IMG/VR virus record: IMGVR_UViG_3300037424_001060
Strand: one strand, 5' to 3'
DNA from: an uncultured virus (IMG/VR IMGVR_UViG_3300037424_001060)
Lineage: Duplodnaviria > Heunggongvirae > Uroviricota > Caudoviricetes
Length of the DNA stretch: 64,000 bases
The notes under the pieces were generated by a model, which was not told where the DNA came from, did not search any database, and was given only the letters and a program-made list of their open reading frames with translations. This document shows positions 7,992-17,294 of the stretch, piece after piece (within the stretch, counting starts at the first letter, position 1; each line of letters starts with the position of its first letter). Made by a program: the position numbers and the translations under genes.

Positions 7992-8417
7992 TTAGTCCGT
8001 GTATAGCGACCAGTTTCCGTGGTCCGACACAAGCCAGATATTCACCCAATATTGCTCTTGATCCATGATGTCGCGAGCGGCTTTTGCGGCGTCCTCGTCA
8101 CAATCGAACTCACCGACAAACTTGCCCTCATGCCGACCAAGCGCACTCTTCCCACCAAGCCGGCCACACGGAGCAATCGTGAAATCCCCTTCAACCGGTT
8201 CATCGTCACCCCACTCGTCGCAGCAATTGTAGTCACACTCTTCCAGATAATCGTCACGACTGATACCATCCTGCTCATTGTGAACCGACTCCCAATCGGA
8301 GCCGTAGGTATCTTCGGCACATTCGACGGCCTCATAAATATCATAAACGGCCGCGCCATCCGCATTGTACAACTCTTGAGCATGCAAGGAACCAACCAAA
8401 GTAACCATGTATCTCAT
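7992..8417 (-). CDS. Acidic hypothetical protein (141 aa; ends WLVSDHGN)
   Basis: D/E-rich ORF. Confidence 0.8.
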   Translation of the reverse strand: MRYMVTLVGSLHAQELYNADGAAVYDIYEAVECAEDTYGSDWESVHNEQDGISRDDYLEECDYNCCDEWGDDEPVEGDFTIAPCGRLGGKSALGRHEGKFVGEFDCDEDAAKAARDIMDQEQYWVNIWLVSDHGNWSLYTD

Positions 8418-8587
8418 ACTACCGTCCCTTTTGTTAAGATGTGAAAAGCAGTAAAGACCGGATTTGTCGGCTTATCAGGCCTTTTGTTCGGTGTCCACCC
8501 CTTGGGAGAAATAGACTTGTCACTATCCGCTTGGGCCTTCCCGGTGTCAATGTTCCGAGCCGGTCTTTACTGCCACTCGTACAATGT

Positions 8588-8648
8588 ACTATTGCTCACG
8601 TTTCCGCCAGTGTCAACCCGTTTCTGGAAGATTGCGGAATGTTCTGAT
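8588..8648 (-). promoter_or_regulatory. Repeated promoter type C
   Basis: TTGACA at 8616-8611. Confidence 0.8.
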
Positions 8649-8653
8649 TGTGC

Positions 8654-9388
8654 CTAGTATTCCACTACCGGGTTCAGGATAGCATAGGTATATTCGTCAG
8701 AAAGGTACTCGGCCATCCCATTGGTACGAGGGTCACTGCCGTAGAAACCCCAACAACTGTCAGTTTCTTTCCAGCCGTCGTTGTCGTCAGTATCCGCGTC
8801 GTCGTCAACTTCGCGTTCTTCGGCGACATATCCCCAGATATCACCGGTGAGATATTGGTCATAAACCGCAACCTCATGCTCAAGCGCCTTTAGCGCTTTA
8901 TCCCTATCGCCACCAAACTCACTCTGGACGGTAGCTTCATCACAGACGATGATTCCCACCCAACCGGAATCCCAGCCACAACTGAATTTCCCGGTGCTCA
9001 TGGTAATGCCGCTATGATCGTAAAGATACAACGGCAGCATGACATAACCGTCATCAAACGCACTTTCGATACGGGCGTCAACACGCTTGCGAATGAATCG
9101 CTCGACGTATGCGTTGCATTCTTCCCAACCCTCACAGCCGTTTAGGCTGGCCCGTTCGTACAATTTGTTAGCAACATCATCTTCCAGCCGGTCGATGTAA
9201 TCGGCAAGATCATCGTCGGCCTCGCAAGCCAACTCACGCATCCAATCCTCACGACTGTAGTCGTGCGCATCACCGAGAGTATACCGACGATGCCAACAAA
9301 TCATACGACCAACAAGACCGTCAAACTCCGTACGAGGGTTACGTGCATCACTATCAATTAACAGCCGCACTCGTCGTTCAATCGTCAT
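8654..9388 (-). CDS. Conserved uncharacterised mobile-element early protein (WHRRY.LGD / LPLYLYDHSG / WDSG / DSCWGFYG motifs)
   Basis: Motif set recalled from phage/plasmid hypothetical proteins; acidic. Confidence 0.8.
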   Translation of the reverse strand: MTIERRVRLLIDSDARNPRTEFDGLVGRMICWHRRYTLGDAHDYSREDWMRELACEADDDLADYIDRLEDDVANKLYERASLNGCEGWEECNAYVERFIRKRVDARIESAFDDGYVMLPLYLYDHSGITMSTGKFSCGWDSGWVGIIVCDEATVQSEFGGDRDKALKALEHEVAVYDQYLTGDIWGYVAEEREVDDDADTDDNDGWKETDSCWGFYGSDPRTNGMAEYLSDEYTYAILNPVVEY

Positions 9389-9430
9389 AATTGTTTCCTA
9401 GTTTGGTTACTCGGTCACCGCCAACAATCT

Positions 9431-9490
9431 ACTATTGCTCACGTTCCGGTAGGTGTCAACCAGATTCTGAAAGATTGCGGAATGTTCTGA
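9431..9490 (-). promoter_or_regulatory. Repeated promoter type C
   Basis: TTGACA at 9459-9454. Confidence 0.8.
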
Positions 9491-9500
9491 TTGTGACGAC

Positions 9501-10022
9501 TCAAGCCAGTTTGCCGTTCCAGCTAATACGACTCTTACATTTGCAGCAGAGCCGATATCTGCCCATCTGCGATTCTTTGTGTTTTCTGGCAGTAAGCCTA
9601 AATGTGTGACAGCCGTTAGGACACTCATATTCATACCGCTTGGTAAGACCGGCATTGTTGACCTGATGGTACCTTTCGGCGTCACAATCCGCAGCACGCA
9701 TACACTTGGCCCAACCCGGACCATGCGTCATCTTGGCATAACGGACCCGCCCGTCCCAACCGTCATATCTGCCAAGATACGCTTCGATGATATGACAGGC
9801 CTCATGTATCACAGTCTGTCTTTTCTGCTCATCCGTTGCCCGCGCAAAAAGCGGACCAGATAGCTTAATCGTGAACTCATCTTTGCGAGCATTGTAGGCC
9901 GCAATACCCATAGAACTGGTCATTCGATTCGACCAGCACAACTGCACCGTGCCGGCTAATTCGGAACAACCGTTGCAATCGCAAGCAAATTGAATCCACT
10001 CTCTTACTTCGTTGTTCGTCAT
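9501..10022 (-). CDS. SprT-like zinc metalloprotease with zinc ribbon
   Basis: HEACH (HExxH), HGPGW, YECPNGCH...CCKCKS. Confidence 0.85.
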   Translation of the reverse strand: MTNNEVREWIQFACDCNGCSELAGTVQLCWSNRMTSSMGIAAYNARKDEFTIKLSGPLFARATDEQKRQTVIHEACHIIEAYLGRYDGWDGRVRYAKMTHGPGWAKCMRAADCDAERYHQVNNAGLTKRYEYECPNGCHTFRLTARKHKESQMGRYRLCCKCKSRISWNGKLA

Positions 10023-10060
10023 GGTGGGACCCTCGTCAATGTTTAACTCGCCAACACTAT

Positions 10061-10120
10061 ACTTTTGCTCACGATTGCCCCAACGTCAACCCGTTTTGAA
10101 AGATTTCTGGATATTACGAT
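10061..10120 (-). promoter_or_regulatory. Degenerate promoter type C (TTGACG)
   Basis: ttgctcacgattgccccaacgtcaacccgttttgaaagatt. Confidence 0.6.
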
Positions 10121-10196
10121 TGTAACATTTGTTCTGTTACTGTGCATTATGACGGTTACAATGATTGTGCTGGTTGTAGGGTCTGTGCCGGGTATA

Positions 10197-10303
10197 AACT
10201 AACGTATATTCGGGGACGATTTGGCATTTTCAAAACTAACGTATATTCGGGGACGATTTGACCTTTTTGGCCCGTAAACTAACGTATATTCGGGGACGAT
10301 TTG
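10197..10303. repeat. Three direct copies of AACTAACG-tatattc-GGGGACGATTTG (10197-10223, 10234-10260, 10277-10303)
   Basis: Exact 27-bp repeats with 10- and 16-bp gaps, at the strand-divergence point. Confidence 0.95.
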
Positions 10304-10314
10304 ACATTTTCCAT

Positions 10315-10343
10315 TTGACAACTCAACCGCCGTGCCGCATAGT
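10315..10343 (+). promoter_or_regulatory. Rightward sigma70-like promoter TTGACA-N17-CATAGT
   Basis: Starts the plus-strand block. Confidence 0.65.
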
Positions 10344-10387
10344 TTAGTAACGTCGACGCGAACCCACACGATTTGGAGACAGAAATA

Positions 10388-10807
10388 ATGAAACTCAAGC
10401 AAGAGATTGAATCACTGGATACACGGCGTGCAGAGATACGCTTCCCATCTCCAGATGTCAACCGACAATTTGAGTATTGGCAGGCCGACTTGCGTGATAT
10501 AATTGGCACACGCTGTGGATTTGATGTGGCCAAGACTCTTGAGTTTAACCCGTTCGAGCAGAGATTCACCGTGCAAGTAAGTGCTCGCGTCAATCTCTCT
10601 ATCGGCTCGTGTGGCACCGGGCTGGCTGCGGATAACATGTGGATGGAATTACAAAAGACCGTCAGCATTTATCCGCTGGGGTCCATTGCTCCGCAAATTG
10701 AAAGAATTCTGCTCGAACAGAGTTATGTTAATAGTCGGCTCGCCTTACTACAGAAGCTACTGAAAGGTCAGACTATCAAGCAGAAAAAAGAAGGGAACAG
10801 CAAGTGA
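10388..10807 (+). CDS. Hypothetical protein
   Basis: GGAG RBS; first plus-strand gene. Confidence 0.75.
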   Translation: MKLKQEIESLDTRRAEIRFPSPDVNRQFEYWQADLRDIIGTRCGFDVAKTLEFNPFEQRFTVQVSARVNLSIGSCGTGLAADNMWMELQKTVSIYPLGSIAPQIERILLEQSYVNSRLALLQKLLKGQTIKQKKEGNSK

Positions 10808-11106
10808 GCGAAATCGCCAAGCGCCTAACCAAGTTTTCCATTTTGTTCATGGGGCCCCATAGCGCCCAGTTGTTCAAGGCTGTTTATGTCCCGCCAACGG
10901 AATATGATAGTGTGTTCATCGGGACCGGCGAGAGCAAGGCGGTAGCAAGCGCACGGGCCATGTCCCACATGCGGGGTGCCGGCTACGGCTCAGTGTTTAA
11001 CCAGATCGAAGAGTTGGTGCAGAAACACATGCCCGCCCGGCCCACTTCCATCGAGGGCAACAAAGAGGCACAGGTCTATTGTATAATTGGTATTAGTGCG
11101 GAGTAA
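10804..11106 (+). CDS. Hypothetical protein
   Basis: GTGA overlap with the upstream gene. Confidence 0.7.
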   Translation: MSEIAKRLTKFSILFMGPHSAQLFKAVYVPPTEYDSVFIGTGESKAVASARAMSHMRGAGYGSVFNQIEELVQKHMPARPTSIEGNKEAQVYCIIGISAE

Positions 11107-11108
11107 AC

Positions 11109-11591
11109 ATGCACGAAGAGTGGAGAACTATCGCCGAATTTCCAGATTATCAAGTGTCAAATTTTGGCAGGGTGAAATCGTTTAAGCGCGGCGGCGAGAT
11201 AATTATACGCCAGTGTCCCAGATCGCAAAGAGTAAAATACCTTTCTGTTAATTTGTATGCTGCCCGCCGTTCTACGTTAAATGTACACCAATTGGTAGCC
11301 AGCACATTTTTAGGTTCGTGCCCGGAAGGGCATGAAGTGCTGCACGGATCGGCGGGCATATTGGACAACTCAGTAAGTAATCTCTCTTATGGTTCGCACA
11401 GTGAAAATAAGTTAAATCAACGCCGTGACGGGACTCATACTGGTAAGGCAGTAATACGATCTGACGGAGCGGAATTTATAAACATGCACGTGGCAGCAGA
11501 AGCAAGTGGATGTCGTCCGAACTCCATTTGTAATGTGTGCCAAGGCAAAAATAAAACAACAGGAGGATATGGGTGGAAGTACAAACCTTGA
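11109..11591 (+). CDS. NUMOD4-HNH-NUMOD1 homing endonuclease
   Basis: EEWRTI...YQVSNFGRVKS, VHQLVA..F, NL.YGSHSEN, GGYGWKY. Confidence 0.9.
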   Translation: MHEEWRTIAEFPDYQVSNFGRVKSFKRGGEIIIRQCPRSQRVKYLSVNLYAARRSTLNVHQLVASTFLGSCPEGHEVLHGSAGILDNSVSNLSYGSHSENKLNQRRDGTHTGKAVIRSDGAEFINMHVAAEASGCRPNSICNVCQGKNKTTGGYGWKYKP

Positions 11592-11639
11592 AAGGGCAAG
11601 ACCAATGAGCAACCCAATTAACTGGAAAAATATAGCCAT

Positions 11640-12014
11640 TTGGAGAAAGGGACAAGGCTGGTTATGATCCAGTGGTACAAAACATCCAAACGTGAGGACA
11701 CACAACTCGCTACTCGCCGAGTGTGGAGAAGCCAGTGTGGGCACTATCGCGTGGAAGAGCACACGATCAACTACGGCATCGGTAAGGACAAGGGCGGCGG
11801 CGACACTGGCATACCCACATACTACCTCGCGATGATACACCGAGACTGGGGCTGGAACATCATCAGCGAGCATCGTAAGCGCCAGACCGCCGTCACGGCC
11901 CTGGAATACTTCCACCAGCACGGTCACAAGATACCCGTGAAGAACGACCCGATCAAGGCCATGAAGAAAAAGAGAGCAGTGCAGCGTGAACAGCAAGACA
12001 CCGACTTCGAATGA
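11640..12014 (+). CDS. Hypothetical protein
   Basis: ORF in the operon. Confidence 0.65.
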   Translation: MEKGTRLVMIQWYKTSKREDTQLATRRVWRSQCGHYRVEEHTINYGIGKDKGGGDTGIPTYYLAMIHRDWGWNIISEHRKRQTAVTALEYFHQHGHKIPVKNDPIKAMKKKRAVQREQQDTDFE

Positions 12015-12165
12015 CACCGTGCCCGGTCAGCCGTGCCACCTGTGCGGCAAACCAACCACTGGCTTCCACCCTGGTGCTAACGTGTATCATCGGGAATGCC
12101 TGATGACTGTCACCAAGCCGATGTTGGACCGGCTGAAGAAATTCAACGAAAGTCAGAAATAATAT

Positions 12166-12193
12166 TTGACTCTTCCGTTCCACACTGTATACT
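12166..12193 (+). promoter_or_regulatory. sigma70-like promoter TTGACT-N16-TATACT
   Basis: Consensus match upstream of 12234. Confidence 0.75.
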
Positions 12194-12233
12194 CTTAATA
12201 GTGGCGATGACAATAACGTAACGAGGACCTGAC

Positions 12234-12626
12234 ATGAATATCACCAAGACACTTGTGGCCGAGATTGCGGAAAAGATGATTGGAAAAGTGGACGGGGCCA
12301 CTTGGGACAATGCCCCTCTCGTTCACGCTGTTGTGGCGAAGGCTCTTGAAGCTGCCAACGAAATCATCACCTCCGAGCCCATTTTCGCCGTTTTCGCCGA
12401 TCATAACGAGCGCAACATGCTGCTCGGATACGCCACCGGCAAACAACACGACATTGAATCGTTTTTCGATGATCGTAAATGCTACGGGCTGATTATTGAG
12501 GAAGTGAAGCCAGTAGACGTCCCGTCGGGCTACAAGGCCCACCGGGACAACATCATCGCCAAGCGTGACCGCCTGCAAGCGGAGCTGGACGAACTTAACG
12601 CGAGACTGAAGAGCGGTGTATTATGA
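12234..12626 (+). CDS. Hypothetical protein
   Basis: gagga RBS. Confidence 0.75.
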   Translation: MNITKTLVAEIAEKMIGKVDGATWDNAPLVHAVVAKALEAANEIITSEPIFAVFADHNERNMLLGYATGKQHDIESFFDDRKCYGLIIEEVKPVDVPSGYKAHRDNIIAKRDRLQAELDELNARLKSGVL

Positions 12627-12955
12627 GCAGAATGAATTGGAACTACGACGACGCGGCCGGTGAGCGCAACCTGGATGTGGATATTGACTACATCTACTAT
12701 CCGGGTTACTGGGAGGGCGGCGGTCGCGACGAGCCTCCACGATACTTCATTAGTGGCATGTTCGAAATCGAGGCTGTACACGTCGAGTGCGTGGAGTATT
12801 ACAACCCGGAAGGGCGAATCATCACGACCGTCAAGCGCAACGATATGCAAGAAGATGCTGTCAATGAGCTGGACGCCGAGGCGTTTGATTACATTTGCAG
12901 CGAGGTGGAGTGGCGTGGCGCGCTCGCCGACGAACTTGTGGAGAACGCCGGATGA
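12623..12955 (+). CDS. Acidic hypothetical protein
   Basis: ATGA overlap. Confidence 0.75.
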   Translation: MSRMNWNYDDAAGERNLDVDIDYIYYPGYWEGGGRDEPPRYFISGMFEIEAVHVECVEYYNPEGRIITTVKRNDMQEDAVNELDAEAFDYICSEVEWRGALADELVENAG

Positions 12956-13581
12956 GAGAGGCTGTGAAATTCTTCGAAGTCCGCGAGGGTAACACCGAAA
13001 ACATGTGGTACCAAATACAGGTTTACCACATGGGCAACCTGATAGACACGTTCCTTTTTCCAACCATGTCCGAAGCCTATTACGCTTTTCGTGACGCTGG
13101 TTACTACTTTCGACCTTTATATGGATCATGAGCATGAGCCCGAACCGGAACCAGAAAGATCTTGAAAAAGCACAAGCTGCTGCGGCAGCCGTGGCGCTGG
13201 TAGCAAGCATGAGCGGCGACCCCACCCTGCCCTACAGCTTCCGCTATCACAGTGGCTTGCGAAGAGCCTATCGCAACATCGACGCCACACACTGTGCGAA
13301 GTGCGGAGGGGAAATTCCGCCGGGCAAGCCGGGCCGTCTCTGTAAGAAATGCCGATCATGATATACTACATGTGCTTTCAAAACGAAGTGATTGTTGGGC
13401 GTGACTTGGCCGAACTTGAAAAGTTCGTAACCGATGTACATCCGCAGGCCAAGGGGATAAAAGCCACCGGCCAGCACGAGTATCTTCCGTGGGACATTGT
13501 GAAAGTGTACGTTGTGTTGGACGCCACGAAGGCATACGGGGCCAGAACAGTAGCCTACCTATGGCAGCAAAGGGAAATAGC

Positions 13582-13947
13582 ATGAATGACGATTTTGCCG
13601 AATACACGTTTTCTGACGCGGTATATAAACAGATGCAGCGCAACAAACTGAAGCCCTTGATTGAAGCGGCTTGGATTGAGACATCCCCTCGGCTGAATAA
13701 CCTGCTGCGCGACACGCCAACCGGCAAGACCATCAAAGAAACCTGCCGAGGGGATTGGTGTAGATATCTACTCATCATTTACACCGATGGCACTTACACG
13801 TTCATCGACGACTATTATGACGAATATGGTGACCCCACGTGGGGCGTTATCCCCCTCAGCCTGCGGACAGCCAACGAACACGGGCTGGCCACCGAGCAGG
13901 ACCTACAACCAATTCGAGAACTTGAAGCGAGACTGGCAGCCGTATGA
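13582..13947 (+). CDS. Hypothetical protein, paralog A
   Basis: Shares ETSPRL / YTDGTYTFI / DLQPIRELE with the next gene. Confidence 0.8.
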   Translation: MNDDFAEYTFSDAVYKQMQRNKLKPLIEAAWIETSPRLNNLLRDTPTGKTIKETCRGDWCRYLLIIYTDGTYTFIDDYYDEYGDPTWGVIPLSLRTANEHGLATEQDLQPIRELEARLAAV

Positions 13948-14264
13948 ACTTTGAACCACTGACTAACATTGTTGTGCAAATTGAATGTGCTTGGCGCGAG
14001 ACATCGCCCCGGCTGGCGAGCCTGCAACGAACTGGTCACGACAGAACAGTGAAGGATGTGTTCCACGGACAGTGGAACAAATATGTGCTCATCGTCTACA
14101 CTGACGGCACCTACACGTTCATCGAGCCGACATACAACGCATGGGACTCCAACGTGTTGAAGATGGGCCCCGTCAGCCTGCGAGTTGCCCACAACCATGG
14201 ACTGGCCACAGAGGATGATCTACAACCGATTCGAGAGTTGGAAGAAAGGCTGGCAGCGTTATGA
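13944..14264 (+). CDS. Hypothetical protein, paralog B
   Basis: Tandem paralog of 13582-13947. Confidence 0.8.
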   Translation: MNFEPLTNIVVQIECAWRETSPRLASLQRTGHDRTVKDVFHGQWNKYVLIVYTDGTYTFIEPTYNAWDSNVLKMGPVSLRVAHNHGLATEDDLQPIRELEERLAAL

Positions 14265-14668
14265 ACCCTGACCTGAAAATGCGGCTAAAGCCCCTCAGCC
14301 GATTGAACAATAACGAGTGGATGTTCTGGCAAACACTGTGCACCAAGCTGGGGCAGAGAGCACTTCTGTTCAGCAGCCTGCATTACGGTGGCGGCAGCAA
14401 GATAGACATCCACTTTGAGGCAATTGAGAACGGCGAGGATGACAGCGCCTACATGCTCGGTGACGACAAAGGCGCGGAGTTCGACATTTACCTGGACAAC
14501 CGTATGCCCTTCGGCATGGTCATTGATTTTCTTATCCACGAACTGGCCCATATTCATTCTTGGTTACGTGACGAGATAGATGACCATGGCCCTGAGTTTG
14601 GCAAGTCTTACGCCGTGTTGTACACCGAGTATCTGAAGCTGTATGATGAATTCTGGTGCTCCCATTAG
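14261..14668 (+). CDS. Zincin-like metalloprotease (HELAH...DHGPEF)
   Basis: HExxH plus HG..F motif. Confidence 0.7.
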   Translation: MNPDLKMRLKPLSRLNNNEWMFWQTLCTKLGQRALLFSSLHYGGGSKIDIHFEAIENGEDDSAYMLGDDKGAEFDIYLDNRMPFGMVIDFLIHELAHIHSWLRDEIDDHGPEFGKSYAVLYTEYLKLYDEFWCSH

Positions 14669-14697
14669 TTGACACAGGTAATTTCGCACAGTACAGT
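14669..14697 (+). promoter_or_regulatory. sigma70-like promoter TTGACA-N17-TACAGT
   Basis: Consensus match. Confidence 0.65.
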
Positions 14698-16218
14698 TTT
14701 AGTATTGGAGGCAACATGACGATATCTCACGATTACGAAATGACTATCACGTTCAAACTGTCCACGTTTGATGTTCCCGCCCACCCAGAATTAAGCAAAA
14801 CATTGGAACAACTGTTCCAAGACTTCGAAGATGGGCGATACCCATTCGACGTGGAGATGATGCAGAATGGGCTGTATAAGTGCCTGAAAATAGCCACTTT
14901 TGCAGCTATGGAGCGTGACATGCAAGCCAAGTTTGGCGACGAGACGGTAGAAACTGGGCCAGACACATACGAGGCCCGCTGGTATCGGGAGGCGAAGAAA
15001 GCCAACGTCGATATGATGACCCCGTTCTTCACGGACTCGCCAACGGTGCACATTGAAAAGGTGTAGTATGATGGCTGAATCCTGTAACAGTCCGGTACCG
15101 ATCATTTGGGAGACAAAGCGCGACCGCTACTTTCTGCGGGATGACAGCAATCTCATTGATCCAGAGGAAGGTCTGTTCGAACGATACAGCTTGTTCCGCG
15201 AGCGGCCGGACCCCTACAAGCGTTTAGTCGTGCTTACCGGCCCACTTCTATGGGCCATTAAATTGTCAACCGAGTATATCAAAAAGGATCGCGACGAAGG
15301 GTACGCCTTGTGACGCGATATATTGACCTGAACATGATCCGATTCATCGACCTGTCCCATGAATACTGGACCGACCCAGCGTGCGGGTGGCCGGTGTGTG
15401 CGTTCCTGTCCACAAGTGATGATATTTTCATCAAGGCAGGAGACGGCTGCCACGTATTTGGTCAGCCGGAAGAGATTGACGAGCACCCGCTCGCCAAGGG
15501 GTTGTGGGCACTCGTGCCGAAAGGATTCTTCGACAATCCCATCCCTCGTGAGCCGGGCGTAGTGCTGCAAGAGATTCGCGAGGAACTCTACGGGCAAGGT
15601 TTCTGCATAGTGGGTTGGCACCTGAACGGTGACCCACAATCCTTGGACAGTTGGTTTGAGGAAAACTCGGGCTGGCTATGAGCACACAATTTCACCTACA
15701 CCGACAAGGCCTACTGGATCTGGAACTCGACGAGCGAAGCGCTCGTTACGATCTAGACCTGGACACCCCAGACGACTACCGCACACTGTTCCACTCCATG
15801 CCACCGGAAGATGTGCTCGGCATCGCACTCGGTCTGATCTACGCGGTGTGGACCAGCTACCCCGACTTGGCCTACACCCTGATAACCGACATGCACAACA
15901 ACTTGTGTGAAGCCCGTAACCGTCAATGTGAACAGCGAGGATACAAGCTATGATACCGGCACACTTTCTCGACGCCACCGGCAGACCGATCCGACCCGGC
16001 ACTATTGTTCTGTGGATACCCGATATTAGCCGAATAGTTGCCAGAGTGTATGCCACATCTTTCACACCCGGCACCGGGGAGCGAACCATCGAGATGTACG
16101 CGCTCGGCACATGCCAGCGTCTTTCGTTCACAACCAACGATCGAACTCTTACCAATGTGTGGAAGCTGAGCGAGGTAGCCCTCGATTATGACAACGACTG
16201 TTCTTTGGGCAGGGAGGT

Positions 16219-16683
16219 GTGAACGTGTTTTACAATAACACCCCCAGCGACGTGAACAATTTTCGCGAGATTATACAGAAAGCTGTCGCCGCTCTGAAGC
16301 CGTTTAACATCGACACCATCGTGTGCCGTGGCTTTAGCGGAGCCGTCGTCGCCCCGGTCGTGGCATACGAACTGGGCGTCAACTGGGCACTGGTCCGAAA
16401 GGAACGAGACAGTACACATAGTCCACGGTTGATAGAGGGTTCCGTGGACGGCAAGTATATCATTCTCGACGATTTCATTAGTACCGGTGAGACTGTCAAC
16501 AAAATAATCTGGGATGTGGCACACTATCACCCACACGCAGAGTGTCTTGGTGTCTATCTGTACGACGAGAGCTGGCTGCGCAACTGGAACGACGATAACA
16601 GTCGCACCATTATCCTTAACTCGATACACGGCCTGCCGGTGCTAAATTGGAATGCCGTGGAAATTTCATTTGACATTTACTGA
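16219..16683 (+). CDS. Type I phosphoribosyltransferase (orotate/adenine PRT-like)
   Basis: PRPP-binding loop IILDDFISTGET; LVRK flexible loop. Confidence 0.85.
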   Translation: MNVFYNNTPSDVNNFREIIQKAVAALKPFNIDTIVCRGFSGAVVAPVVAYELGVNWALVRKERDSTHSPRLIEGSVDGKYIILDDFISTGETVNKIIWDVAHYHPHAECLGVYLYDESWLRNWNDDNSRTIILNSIHGLPVLNWNAVEISFDIY

Positions 16684-16690
16684 CATCGGC

Positions 16691-17227
16691 ATGAAAGAAG
16701 AATGGCGAGATATACCCGGCTACAAAGGGTATTACCAAGTATCAAATCTTGGCCGCGTTCGGTCATTGGACCGTGTCGTAAAAAGACTTGGAAGAGACAA
16801 GCGACTTAAAGGAAGGGTACTGAAAACCAAATTGGCCGGTAAGAACCGAGATTATCACAATTTAGCACTGCACAAAGAAGGGTCAGCGAATTACTTCAAT
16901 GTGCATAAGTTGGTAGCTTTGGTTTTCTTGGGGCCTACTCCAGAAGGCATGGAAGTATTACATGGAGAGGAAGGTAGTAAAGTAAATTCTGTTTCTAACC
17001 TCCGATATGGCACCCGCGCTGAAAATTGTCAAGACACTTTCAAATATGGTAAAGGCCACTCCCGCCCCGTACGTCGAAGTGATGGTAAAGAGTTTAATAG
17101 TGCAAAACAGGCCGAGAAACTAACGGGGATTAACTGCGCTAACATCTCAGCCGTGTGCAATAAATATATCCGACCGAGCGGTGCCCCGGTACTAACCGCT
17201 GGTGGCTTTTCTTGGGAATTTATTTGA
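16691..17227 (+). CDS. NUMOD4-HNH homing endonuclease
   Basis: EEWRDIPGYKGYYQVSNLGRVRS, VHKLVA..FLG, NLRYGTRAEN. Confidence 0.9.
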   Translation: MKEEWRDIPGYKGYYQVSNLGRVRSLDRVVKRLGRDKRLKGRVLKTKLAGKNRDYHNLALHKEGSANYFNVHKLVALVFLGPTPEGMEVLHGEEGSKVNSVSNLRYGTRAENCQDTFKYGKGHSRPVRRSDGKEFNSAKQAEKLTGINCANISAVCNKYIRPSGAPVLTAGGFSWEFI

Positions 17228-17251
17228 CTTTCGTGCTTTCGGATGTACAAT
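17224..17251 (+). promoter_or_regulatory. sigma70-like promoter TTGACT-N16-TACAAT
   Basis: Consensus match. Confidence 0.75.
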
Positions 17252-17294
17252 TTAGATAACAAGGCAAACAACAACTTTCACCGGGAGCGCAGAG

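Noticed and set aside
10197..10303. Mini-CRISPR array (three 27-bp repeats)
   Set aside because: Spacers are only 10 and 16 bp, the repeat is not palindromic, no cas genes were seen, and the same motif is dispersed through the cassette array.
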